The translations under genes were made by a program, and so were the position numbers. Below, piece by piece: positions 17,521-26,399 of a stretch of DNA of 64,000 nt. The notes below the pieces were generated by a model. It worked only from the letters and a program-made list of their open reading frames with translations, had not been told where the DNA came from and searched no databases. Origin of the DNA: Actinomycetes bacterium (GTDB lineage: Bacteria; Actinomycetota; Actinomycetes; Propionibacteriales; Propionibacteriaceae); the NCBI GenBank assembly GCA_023425145.1, contig JAFADF010000065.1, forward strand, positions 11,528 to 75,527, given 5' to 3'. Position 1 is the first letter of the stretch. Each line of letters opens with the position of its first letter.

Positions 17521-20004
17521 TCATAGCCGTCTCCGCCGGAAGCGGGACATGAAGGGAACCCCGAGTACAGCCGCCATACCGACCGCTGCTGTCGCCGGAA
17601 CCACCGTGGCCGCGGCACCGAGATTCGGGTCAGCGGGCGTGGTCGGTCCGGTCAGCTGGCCGGCTTCGCTCCCGGTCGCCGTCGGATCACTGGCCGCAGT
17701 GGTATCGGCCACGGTGGGCACCGGGTTACCGGTGGCCGCAGACGTCGGACTCGCCGTCGTGGGGCTCGGAGTCGGCTTCGGCGGGAACCCGCCGTTCTTG
17801 ATCGCAGCTGCCGCCTCTCGCGCCTGCGCTCGCCACGACTCGGGAAGCGGCGTGTAACCAGCAGGAAGCTGGCCGTCGCCGGTGCCGGGTTGCTGTCCGC
17901 TTCCTGCTGCGAAGGTGATGAAGCTCGCATAGTCCGCACGTACGGCGGCATCCTTCATGGCCGGGTTGACTGCCGCATATACCGGCATGGTGAGCGGGTA
18001 GGCGGAGGCTGCCTTCTTGGCCGCGGTGGAGGTCGGGTCGAAGCCGACGACCTGCGACTGCTTCTGGTCCTTGACCATTACCGATGCAGCCGCGGACAGC
18101 GAGCTTGGGCTGGGCAGGATGTACTTTCCGGCAGGGTTCCGCAGCGCTGCCTGCACGACCTGATACTGCTCGGCGGAGGCGGTGTCAGTCAGCCCGATCA
18201 CGGCCTGCAGTCCGACAAGTGCCCGGCTGCCCTTTCCGTACTTCGGCGGCTGCGAGTTGGGATCCCATCCACCCAGCGCTTGGGCATCGCCCGTCAGCAC
18301 CCGGTAGGCACCCATCTGCAGGCTGGAGGTGTACGGCCGCCAGGTGACGAGGTTGATGGAGTCGGCGTAGTTGTCGTTCACTGTGCCCTTGAACTCCACC
18401 GGATCGGCCTTGGGGAAGTCCTGAGCAGGCAGCCCGAGGGCGGCCTTGGTCGGATTGAGCTTGGCGTTGGTCGAATAGTAGGGGTTCACCTTCATCCCCC
18501 ATGGGTCTGGCTTACCGGCAAGGAAGGCCGCGGCCTCCGGGTCCGCCAGGACGTACTTCCACACCGCGACCGCAGCATCGGAGCGACCGAGTGGCACCAG
18601 CACATCCCCGACGCCAGGACCGGTGATGTTCATCGACGCCCATTCCGGGTCGTTGATCGCCAGGAAGTCGGGATCCTGAGTGATGTTGCGGATCTTCGAG
18701 ACATGCGACAGGTTTGCGCCCAGCGGCAGGGCATCTGTGTAGGAGCCGGTCAGCAGCTTGGCAAGGAGCCGCGGAGTCAGCTTCATGCTGGCAAATGCTT
18801 GGCGCTCCTTCGCCGCCACCTCGTCAGGAACCGGCGCACCAATGACCCGGGCCTTGCGATCGATCGCGAAGGCGACCGAGACGCCAGTGACGGCGATCGG
18901 AGCGTAGGCGAGCGAGTCCGACCCACCATCCGTAGCCAGCGCCTGGGAGGTGAGGGCCAACGGGGCCGGGTCGGTTCCATTGGCGGCCAGCGCGGCGTCG
19001 GACTCCGGGCCGGTGAGCAGAGAGTAGACGGCTCCACCCGACCGCCCGCAGAGCGTCGGTTGCCACTGACCCACTGCACCAAGCATCAGTTCGCTGCCGG
19101 AGAGCTGACGCTCGGCGGCACCGATCGCACAGCGCACCCCTTCAGGCTGGAAGTTGAGTCGAATCGCGAGGTGGTGCTTCCAGGTCTCCCAGAACAAGCC
19201 CGACTTCGTGATGCTGGTCAACGATGCGTCCGCTTCGCCGCGAGGAACGATCACCAGCCAGCAGGGGGCACCCGACACAGCGCCGTCGGCACCGGTGACC
19301 GCAGCGCCACAGCCCAGCCCTGGAGAGTCCTGCGAAGTCTGGAGTTCGAAGGAGACCGAACCTTTCCCGTCGGCATCCGAGCCCGCCCAGGAGACCTCGT
19401 TGGTGGTGTAGCGGGTGAAGAACTCGTTGCTGTTGAGGTCCGGCGCGTCGGGCACCCGAGCCCCAGCAACCACGCTGGCCAAGGTCACTCCCGTCGCCGA
19501 TCGAAACGGGACCGCGGTGACGGTCGGGTGGAAGTAGTCCTCACCGACGGCGGTGATATCGGTGTCCTGAGAAGGAATCTGGGTCTCGGGGGTCCGGGTA
19601 GACCAGCGTGAGTCACCGGGGACATTCAGCCCGCCGTACTGACAGGTTGTCCGATCCGGACGCGCACCACCACTGCCCGGCTCGTCGCCCCAGCACTGCA
19701 TGATCTGGAGGAAGTTCTCACCACCGGTCTGGGTGCTCGGCACTGTCGACTGCTTGCCACCGGTCCAGCTCACAGTGATGCCCTGCTGGATCAGGTCCTT
19801 GGTCTGGGAGACGGTGACGGCCAGGTTCGGGAAGGGCGAGTCGGCGACGTCCGGGTCGTAGTCGGCGGCGCGGACGGTCACGGCTGACCCGGTGCCGCTG
19901 TCGGCCCGGGCCGAGGTGGCGGCCAGCGGCGTCCCGGACAGGCTGAGCATGACCAGGATCAGCAGGGCCGCGGCCAGCGGACGGCGCAAAGTGCGACTAG
20001 ACAC
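17521..20004 (-). CDS. Large C-terminally anchored surface protein with a degenerate PstS-like domain
   Basis: Signal peptide; Cys-containing N-domain; YAPIAVTGVSVAF, LTPRLLAKLLT, AYPLTMPVYA, GYTPLP parallel PstS motifs; P/T linker, TM, RFRRRR. Confidence 0.72.
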   Translation of the reverse strand: MSSRTLRRPLAAALLILVMLSLSGTPLAATSARADSGTGSAVTVRAADYDPDVADSPFPNLAVTVSQTKDLIQQGITVSWTGGKQSTVPSTQTGGENFLQIMQCWGDEPGSGGARPDRTTCQYGGLNVPGDSRWSTRTPETQIPSQDTDITAVGEDYFHPTVTAVPFRSATGVTLASVVAGARVPDAPDLNSNEFFTRYTTNEVSWAGSDADGKGSVSFELQTSQDSPGLGCGAAVTGADGAVSGAPCWLVIVPRGEADASLTSITKSGLFWETWKHHLAIRLNFQPEGVRCAIGAAERQLSGSELMLGAVGQWQPTLCGRSGGAVYSLLTGPESDAALAANGTDPAPLALTSQALATDGGSDSLAYAPIAVTGVSVAFAIDRKARVIGAPVPDEVAAKERQAFASMKLTPRLLAKLLTGSYTDALPLGANLSHVSKIRNITQDPDFLAINDPEWASMNITGPGVGDVLVPLGRSDAAVAVWKYVLADPEAAAFLAGKPDPWGMKVNPYYSTNAKLNPTKAALGLPAQDFPKADPVEFKGTVNDNYADSINLVTWRPYTSSLQMGAYRVLTGDAQALGGWDPNSQPPKYGKGSRALVGLQAVIGLTDTASAEQYQVVQAALRNPAGKYILPSPSSLSAAASVMVKDQKQSQVVGFDPTSTAAKKAASAYPLTMPVYAAVNPAMKDAAVRADYASFITFAAGSGQQPGTGDGQLPAGYTPLPESWRAQAREAAAAIKNGGFPPKPTPSPTTASPTSAATGNPVPTVADTTAASDPTATGSEAGQLTGPTTPADPNLGAAATVVPATAAVGMAAVLGVPFMSRFRRRRL

Positions 20005-21607
20005 CCTGGCCCCCGGTCTTGAGCCACTGACCGACCAGCGGCGGGACGATCACGGCAGCCACCAGGAAGAGCGCGGCGCCCAGCATCAGGCCTTGCGAAG
20101 CCCCCATCCCCTGATCGGGAAGGGTGAACGGCTTGGAAACCGCACCGTCCCCGCTGCCACTGCTGACCAGGTTGCCGTTCTCGTCATAGGTCGGCACGTC
20201 CCCGCCCGACGAGCCCGTCCCCGTTCCGGTTCCGGTTCCCGTGCCGGTGCCCGCACCCGTGGTCGGGTTGGCGCTCGGGTTCCCGGACTGCCCCGAGGTC
20301 GGGGTGGACGTCGTCGCGCCGCCGGTGCCGATGGTGCACTGGGTCGGCCCCTTCTTGTCGCAGTCGGCCGGGTAGGGCGCGGTCAGCGCCAGCTGGTTCT
20401 TCGAGGGCGAGTCGCCGGCCTTGAACGTCGGGTTGTTGCAGCTGGAGGTGTCCACACCCTTGCCACCCGAACCCGGGATCAGCTTGATCTGATCCGAACC
20501 GGCCATCACCAGGTTCATCGGCAGCGGCGAGTAGCCCAACGTCCCAGCCTGCTGCTGACCCTCGCAGAGCACGTAGCGCATGAAGGCGGCCAGCGTGTTG
20601 CCCTTGTTGGTGTTGAAAATGCCGGCCACCTCGGTCGGCACGATCGCGTAGGAGTAGCTCGACAGCGGGTAGGCCCGCTTGTCGGTGGCGTTGTAGACCC
20701 CGTCCAGGATCTGGGTGAGGTAGTTGTCGGACGACTTGTCGGTGTTGATCTTGGCCTGCATCAGCGCCACGGCCACCGAGGAGGCGGTCGGCTCCACGTA
20801 GTAGCCGGACTTGTTCAGCAGCTTCACCACCGGGAAGCCGGCCTTCTTGGCGTAGGAGTACTCCACGTAGGTGATGGCACCCTCGCCGTAGTTCTGGGAG
20901 ACATAGCCGGCCACCCCATCGGAGCCCTTCTGCGCCTTCGAGTTGCCGAAGCTCGGGAACTGGGAGGTCATCCCGGTCTTCCAGATGGACGGGTACTGCT
21001 TGCTCATCCACAAGGTGAACTGCGCCGAGGTTCCGGAGCCGTCGGAGCGGATCACCGGGACGATCGTCTTGGCCGGCATGGCCAGGCCGGGGTTGTCGGC
21101 CTGGATGGCCGCGTCGTTCCACTTGGTGATGGCGCCGGTGAAGATCTTGGCCACGGTGTCGCCGGACAGCCGCAGGTTGGTCACCCGCTTGCCGCCGATC
21201 TTCAGGTTGTACATGAAGCTGGTGCCACCGGCCACGATCGGCATGTAGGCGTAGTCATGAGTCGGCTTCTCCGGCGCCGAACCGTCCTCCGGCTTGGCCT
21301 GGAACGGAATCTCCGAGATGGCGAAGTCGACGGTGCCGTCGATAAAGTCCCGGCGGCCGGAGCTGGAGCCGATCCCGGAGTAGTTGATGGTCATGGCGTA
21401 GTTCTTGGCCACATTGGCACGCCACTGATCCAGCGCATTCTGCGACCAGGTCGAGCCTGAACCGGTGATCGGGTAGTAGCTGGCCGCCACGGCCTGACTG
21501 GCCGACCAAGGCAGCGCCAGGCCGAGCGCGATCAGCGCCGCCGACAGCCGGACCAGCCGCCGCCAGCCCGGACGGACGGCACGCTGATTGCTCTGGGACG
21601 ACCTCAT
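19997..21607 (-). CDS. pstS: Phosphate-binding protein PstS (copy 1; non-lipoprotein, C-terminal anchor)
   Basis: GSGSTW, GSSSG, DFAISE, RSDGSGTS, AYPLSSYSY, GYSPLP; no lipobox; GT-repeat linker, LPDQG, TM. Confidence 0.9.
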   Translation of the reverse strand: MRSSQSNQRAVRPGWRRLVRLSAALIALGLALPWSASQAVAASYYPITGSGSTWSQNALDQWRANVAKNYAMTINYSGIGSSSGRRDFIDGTVDFAISEIPFQAKPEDGSAPEKPTHDYAYMPIVAGGTSFMYNLKIGGKRVTNLRLSGDTVAKIFTGAITKWNDAAIQADNPGLAMPAKTIVPVIRSDGSGTSAQFTLWMSKQYPSIWKTGMTSQFPSFGNSKAQKGSDGVAGYVSQNYGEGAITYVEYSYAKKAGFPVVKLLNKSGYYVEPTASSVAVALMQAKINTDKSSDNYLTQILDGVYNATDKRAYPLSSYSYAIVPTEVAGIFNTNKGNTLAAFMRYVLCEGQQQAGTLGYSPLPMNLVMAGSDQIKLIPGSGGKGVDTSSCNNPTFKAGDSPSKNQLALTAPYPADCDKKGPTQCTIGTGGATTSTPTSGQSGNPSANPTTGAGTGTGTGTGTGTGSSGGDVPTYDENGNLVSSGSGDGAVSKPFTLPDQGMGASQGLMLGAALFLVAAVIVPPLVGQWLKTGGQGV

Positions 21608-22845
21608 GACTGCTCCTCACTGCGCACACCGACGCGGGCCGCGACCACCGGGGCGACCGGCGGACGACCGGCCTCGAACCGCTTCAGGTCACGCAGCGAG
21701 GCGGCGCGCGCGGCCAGTTGTTGACGATCGGACAGCTCACCGGGGGCGCGTCCGCCCAAGCCCCGGGCCAGCAGGAACAAGATGAGAACCAGCAGCAGCA
21801 GGACGGCGGCGGTGCCGAAGCCGCGGGCCACCATGGTCGGCTCGGGCGAGCGGACGAAGTCGAACACCTGCAGCGGCAGCGAGATCATCGGGCCGGCCAG
21901 CGGGTTGACGTTCATGGCGGCCGTGATTCCCGAAGTCAGCAGCACCGGGCTGGTCTCGCCGATACCGCGCGCAGTGCCCAGAATCACCGAGGTGACCAGG
22001 CCGGAGCGGGCCGTCGGCAGCACCACCTGCCAGACGGTCTGCCAGCGCGACGACCCCAGCGCATAGGACGCCTCGCGCAGGTTCTGCGGCACCAGCCGCA
22101 GCACCACGTCGGCCGAGCGGATCACGATCGGCAGCATCATCACGGTGATGGCGATCCCGGCGGCCAGCCCGGAGCGCTCGTGGGTGATGGCCTGAATGAC
22201 CGCCGCGTACACGAACAGGCCGGCCACGATCGAGGGAAGTGCGGTCATGGCGTCCGAGATCGTCCGGACGAAGCGGGCGAACCTGCCGCCGACCTCGTTG
22301 AGGAAGACCGCCGTGCCGATCCCGAGCGGAATCGTGATGGCCAGCGCGATCGAGATCTGAATCAGGGTCCCGACGATGGCGTGCAGGATGCCGCCGACGT
22401 CCAGCCCGTCCAGCGGACCGGCGTCCTTCATGGTCTGGGTGAACAGGTTCAGGTGGCCGAGCGCTTCGGTGCCGCGGCCCAGCGTGTAGATCACGATGAA
22501 CACCAGCACCGTGAACAGCAGCGTCCCGGCCGCTCCGAACAGGGTGGTGACCAGGCGATCCTTGACCTCTTCGAAGTCCGAGTGCAGCCAGATCAGCAGC
22601 ATGTACAGCCCGAGGAAGGCCAAGAACGCCACCACGGTCCAGCCGATCGCACCGCTCAGCGGCGCGAACCAGCCGAACAGCAAGGTGGCCAAGGCCACCC
22701 CGGCAGCCGCCGCACCGAACACGTCGTAACGCTGGGACGCGGTGAAGCCGTGCACCTGGCGGCGCGGCCCGTCGTCCTCGGTCTTGGTGCCGGGCAGGGT
22801 GGTGCGGACGCTCGGCAGCACCTCGGTGCGGTAGATGTCAGCCAT
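21604..22845 (-). CDS. pstA: Phosphate ABC transporter permease PstA (copy 1)
   Basis: [33 protein letters not shown]. Confidence 0.92.
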   Translation of the reverse strand: MADIYRTEVLPSVRTTLPGTKTEDDGPRRQVHGFTASQRYDVFGAAAAGVALATLLFGWFAPLSGAIGWTVVAFLAFLGLYMLLIWLHSDFEEVKDRLVTTLFGAAGTLLFTVLVFIVIYTLGRGTEALGHLNLFTQTMKDAGPLDGLDVGGILHAIVGTLIQISIALAITIPLGIGTAVFLNEVGGRFARFVRTISDAMTALPSIVAGLFVYAAVIQAITHERSGLAAGIAITVMMLPIVIRSADVVLRLVPQNLREASYALGSSRWQTVWQVVLPTARSGLVTSVILGTARGIGETSPVLLTSGITAAMNVNPLAGPMISLPLQVFDFVRSPEPTMVARGFGTAAVLLLLVLILFLLARGLGGRAPGELSDRQQLAARAASLRDLKRFEAGRPPVAPVVAARVGVRSEEQS

Positions 22846-23887
22846 CGCTCTGCGCCCCCGACCGCGACCGGGCCACCACCGAGGACGCCGTGAAGTTGAT
22901 CACCAAGGTGAGCAGGAACAGCACCAGGCCGGCCGCCATCAGCGCCGACAGCCCGAACTCGCTGGCTTCGCCGTAGCGCAGGGCGATCAGCGCCGACACC
23001 GAGTTGGTGCCGGTCTTCAGCACCTGCCAGTTGATGGTGAAGATCGGCGAAATGATCATGTAGACGGCGATGGTCTCGCCCAGTGCCCGGCCCAGGCCGA
23101 GCATGGTGCCGCCGATGATGCCGCCCTTGCCGAACGGCAGCACCACCGAGCGGATCATCCCCCAACGGGTCGCGCCCAGGGCGTAGGCGCCCTCGCGCTC
23201 GCCGATCGGCGCCCGGGTGAAGGCCTCGCGCATGATCGAGGTCTGGGTGGGGACGACCATGAACCCGACAACGATGCCGGCAATGAACGCCGAGGAGGTG
23301 AAGGCGCTGGCATCGCTGGCCTGCTGACCGGCCGCATCGGTGACCGCGAAGATCGGGATCCAGCCCAGCCACACCGACATCCAGTGCGAGGCCGGGATGA
23401 TCGCGGCCTGCAGGAAGTAGACCCCCCACAGGCCGAACACGATGCTCGGCACCGCGGCCATCAGGTCGACCAGGGAGACCAGGATTCCGCGGACGCGTCC
23501 GGAGACCACCTCCGACAGCAGCATGGCCGTCCCCAGCGACAGCGGCAGGCTCACCGCCAAGGCGATCAGCGCGATCGAGACCGTCCCGAACAACACGGCG
23601 GCGACGCCGAAGGTTCCGGTCTCCGGCGACCAGGCCTGGGTGGAGAGGAAGGACAGGCCGGTCGCCCGCAGTGCATCGGAGGCCCGCAGGGTGAGGAAGA
23701 CACCGACCGCCAGCATGATCCCCACGGTGATGATTCCGGAGGCGAAGGCGGTGCGGCGGAAGATCTGATCGGCTAGCACCTCGCGGCCGTCGAGGCGTCG
23801 CTTGGTCTCGACTCCAGCCGGCTCCATGGTGGACGCCGGAAGCCAGGTCGCGACTGCAGCCGACCCACCGGCCTCGATCGTCGCCAC
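22838..23887 (-). CDS. pstC: Phosphate ABC transporter permease PstC (copy 1)
   Basis: AAVPSIVFGLWG, REGAYALGATRW, LGLGRALGETIAV; start uncertain (GTG 23887 or ATG 23827). Confidence 0.9.
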   Translation of the reverse strand: MATIEAGGSAAVATWLPASTMEPAGVETKRRLDGREVLADQIFRRTAFASGIITVGIMLAVGVFLTLRASDALRATGLSFLSTQAWSPETGTFGVAAVLFGTVSIALIALAVSLPLSLGTAMLLSEVVSGRVRGILVSLVDLMAAVPSIVFGLWGVYFLQAAIIPASHWMSVWLGWIPIFAVTDAAGQQASDASAFTSSAFIAGIVVGFMVVPTQTSIMREAFTRAPIGEREGAYALGATRWGMIRSVVLPFGKGGIIGGTMLGLGRALGETIAVYMIISPIFTINWQVLKTGTNSVSALIALRYGEASEFGLSALMAAGLVLFLLTLVINFTASSVVARSRSGAQSDG

Positions 23888-24025
23888 CCGCCGGATTGCG
23901 GCCTTCCAGCCACCAATCTGCGCGCCGATCACGTTCGGAAATCCCCCGTTCACAACCCGGTGATTGGCCGGGCCGATGGCAGCCTGGCATGAGTCGCTCC
24001 GGTCACGTGTCGAGGCCGCCGCGAG

Positions 24026-24069
24026 CGAAGATGGACGCCAAGTGGGCCCGAGATGAACAGCATCGGAAG
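24026..24069 (-). promoter_or_regulatory. PHO-box-like repeats upstream of the atypical pst operon
   Basis: Minus-strand 11-bp units CTTCCGATGCT / GTTCATCTCGG / GCCCACTTGGC / GTCCATCTTCG. Confidence 0.5.
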
Positions 24070-24377
24070 CCATCGGTCCAGCTATTGCGCAGGCTCGGCC
24101 GCCCGGCTATCTTGCGTGACCCACAGCGCGTCCCTGCCAAAAGGCGCTCAGCAGATCCTCAGGATGCTGTCACCCGGGCGTGGGACCGGCTCCATGGGAT
24201 TTCGTCCGCGTGGATAGCCGCGAAAGCACGCCGCGGAGACCCACTTCTGCAGCCCGCACCGGGCGCTCACCGGCCCGTCATCTTGCGTTCAGATTGACCC
24301 GCGACACTCTGCCTCAGGCGGGGGCACTCCCGCCTGGGCGCGACCGCGCCCGGAACTCCCGCATCCACGGAGGTGGC

Positions 24378-25067
24378 ATGGTTCGGCTCCTGGTCGTCGA
24401 CGCCAATCGCGCAGATCGGCGGCTGATCCGGCACCAGTTGAACGGCACGGACGGGGTCGCGGTGGTCGCCGAATCGGCCAGCTACCCGGACGCGGTCCGG
24501 ATCGCCCGCTCCGAGCGGGTGGATCTGGTCCTGCTGGATCTGCAACCACAACGGCCGGAAGGCTTCGCAGCCATCCGAGCGATCACCTCCGGCGACTCGC
24601 CGGTGCCGGTGCTGGTGCTCAGCGACCACTCCGAACGCGAGCAGGTGGCCAATGCCCTGGATTGCGGGGCGATCGGCTATCTGGTGCGGCGTCACGACCT
24701 GCCCAATCTCGGCCCGGCGATCCGCAGCGCGGCCAAGGGCCACGCCGTGATCTCGAGCCGGGTGGTGACCAAGGTGGTGCGCGAGTTCGTCCGACGCGGT
24801 CGGCAGCTGCGACCCGAAGGCGTCGGCCCGGCCGGCGGGACGGTGCTCTCCCCCGCTGAGCTGGCCGTGGTCTCCCACCTCAGCGGTGGCTTCACCACCA
24901 ACGAGGAGATCGCCACCCAGCTGAGCATCAGCGTGAACACGGTGCGCGCCCAGATCGCCCAAAGCCTGCGAAAGACAGGGACGGCGAACCGGACGGCGCT
25001 GGCCCTGTGGGGGTTGCGCAACGGCCTGGACCGCCGCCTCGAGGCCGGCGGCAAGCCGGCCGCCTGA
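24378..25067 (+). CDS. NarL/LuxR-family response regulator (orphan, atypical receiver)
   Basis: RBS GGAGG; LVVDA, VLLDL, GAIGYLVR; LuxR HTH LSPAE..NEEIATQLSISVNTVR. Confidence 0.85.
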   Translation: MVRLLVVDANRADRRLIRHQLNGTDGVAVVAESASYPDAVRIARSERVDLVLLDLQPQRPEGFAAIRAITSGDSPVPVLVLSDHSEREQVANALDCGAIGYLVRRHDLPNLGPAIRSAAKGHAVISSRVVTKVVREFVRRGRQLRPEGVGPAGGTVLSPAELAVVSHLSGGFTTNEEIATQLSISVNTVRAQIAQSLRKTGTANRTALALWGLRNGLDRRLEAGGKPAA

Positions 25068-25089
25068 GTCGATCCGAACCAGCGCGCGG

Positions 25090-26211
25090 CTAGGCGCTGG
25101 TTCGGATCTTCGGCAGTCGCTTGGCCATCTCCGCCTCGAACAACTGGCGGACGCCGGCCGGGTCGAAGCGTCCGTCCAGCATGGGCAGGGACTTCGTCTG
25201 CGCCTGCCGGCACACGGCGAGCCAGGCCTGCCCCATCGCCAGAGTGAACGACGAAGCCACCGAGGCATTGATCACCCCGCCCGCGATGGTGCCGGCACCG
25301 GGCAGGAACTTCAGCAGGCTGGTGGCCGCCGCCCGTCCGGCCGCCGTCGCAACCGAGGTGGACGCCACCGCCAGCAGCGCGGACTTGTCCAGGCCCAGGC
25401 CGTGCAGCTGGGCGATCTTGGCCATCATCGACAGCTGGATCGGCACCAGGATCGCTGCCGAGGAGAACGGGATCGGCACCGCGGCCGCGGCTGCTGCCGC
25501 GGTCACCGCTGCCGCGATGGCCGCTTTCGAGCGGTTGGCCTTGAGCCCAAGATCGATCTCTTGGGCGGCGACGAGGGCCCCTTGGACCGCGTCCGGAGTG
25601 AGCTGAAAGGTGCCCTGCAGGAGCTCCATCAAGCCGTAGGCCGGCTGACCGGTGAACTGGTCCCTCATCGCGTAGGTCAGGAAGGGACGTCCGCCGTAGA
25701 TCGGCAGCTCGAGGGACTCGATGTGCCGAGCCAGGGCGACCGCGTCCGGGTGGAACTGGCCATCGCGCATCGGCACCTGGGTGAGCACGCAGATCACCGG
25801 CAGACCGAGTTCGTCCAGGGTTCTGATGAACCGCTGCTCGGCCTCTTCGAACCGACGATCCATGCCGCGCACGCAGTACCAGGCCAGGTGTATCTGCTCG
25901 TCGAGCGGCTTGCGGCGACTGTCCTTGACGAGTTTGGTGAGCTCCTTGATCAGGGCGTCGTCGTCGCGTCCGATCTCCAGGCCGTGGCTGTCCAGGATGC
26001 CGAGGCTGCCCCGCGCGTCCAGGTAGAGATGGGAGCCGACAGTGACCGGAGCGCCGATGCCGGTCGCGGCGACCGGGGTGCCGAAGATGGCGTTGACCAA
26101 CGTCGACTTGCCGACCCCGGTCTTGCCGAAGACGGCGATGTTGACCCGGCCCAGTTCGGCGGCCTGCTTCTCGAACTCGGCCCGAAACGACTCGGTGAAC
26201 CACTGCGTCAT
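25090..26211 (-). CDS. GTPase with DUF697/YcjF-like C-terminal domain
   Basis: GKTGVGKSTL, LDSHGLE, IHLAWYC; AAAAVPIPFS..LVPIQ..M. Confidence 0.85.
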   Translation of the reverse strand: MTQWFTESFRAEFEKQAAELGRVNIAVFGKTGVGKSTLVNAIFGTPVAATGIGAPVTVGSHLYLDARGSLGILDSHGLEIGRDDDALIKELTKLVKDSRRKPLDEQIHLAWYCVRGMDRRFEEAEQRFIRTLDELGLPVICVLTQVPMRDGQFHPDAVALARHIESLELPIYGGRPFLTYAMRDQFTGQPAYGLMELLQGTFQLTPDAVQGALVAAQEIDLGLKANRSKAAIAAAVTAAAAAAAVPIPFSSAAILVPIQLSMMAKIAQLHGLGLDKSALLAVASTSVATAAGRAAATSLLKFLPGAGTIAGGVINASVASSFTLAMGQAWLAVCRQAQTKSLPMLDGRFDPAGVRQLFEAEMAKRLPKIRTSA

Positions 26212-26399
26212 GGCATCGAGCCTAGGCAACCGGTCGTTGCCGGACGATGGGGTGGGCCCCTGAGCGTCCCCGGGGTGGACCTCGGGCCGTCCCCTGCGCC
26301 TCAGATAGTGACCATGGCTACGAATCACGCAGTACCGGTTCTACGCTTTCGGGGTTTGCCTGCGGACGCACAGTCGCGTCCCCCGTCCCGGAGAGCCCT

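Noticed and set aside
17409..17618. N-terminal extension or frameshift fusion of the PstS-like ORF with the 827-aa gene
   Set aside because: A strong RBS and signal peptide start at 17408, the extension is low-complexity, and no slippery site was seen
24200..24245. GAAA-capped stem resembling a riboswitch in the pstC-regulator intergenic region
   Set aside because: Does not match any riboswitch consensus I can verify by eye
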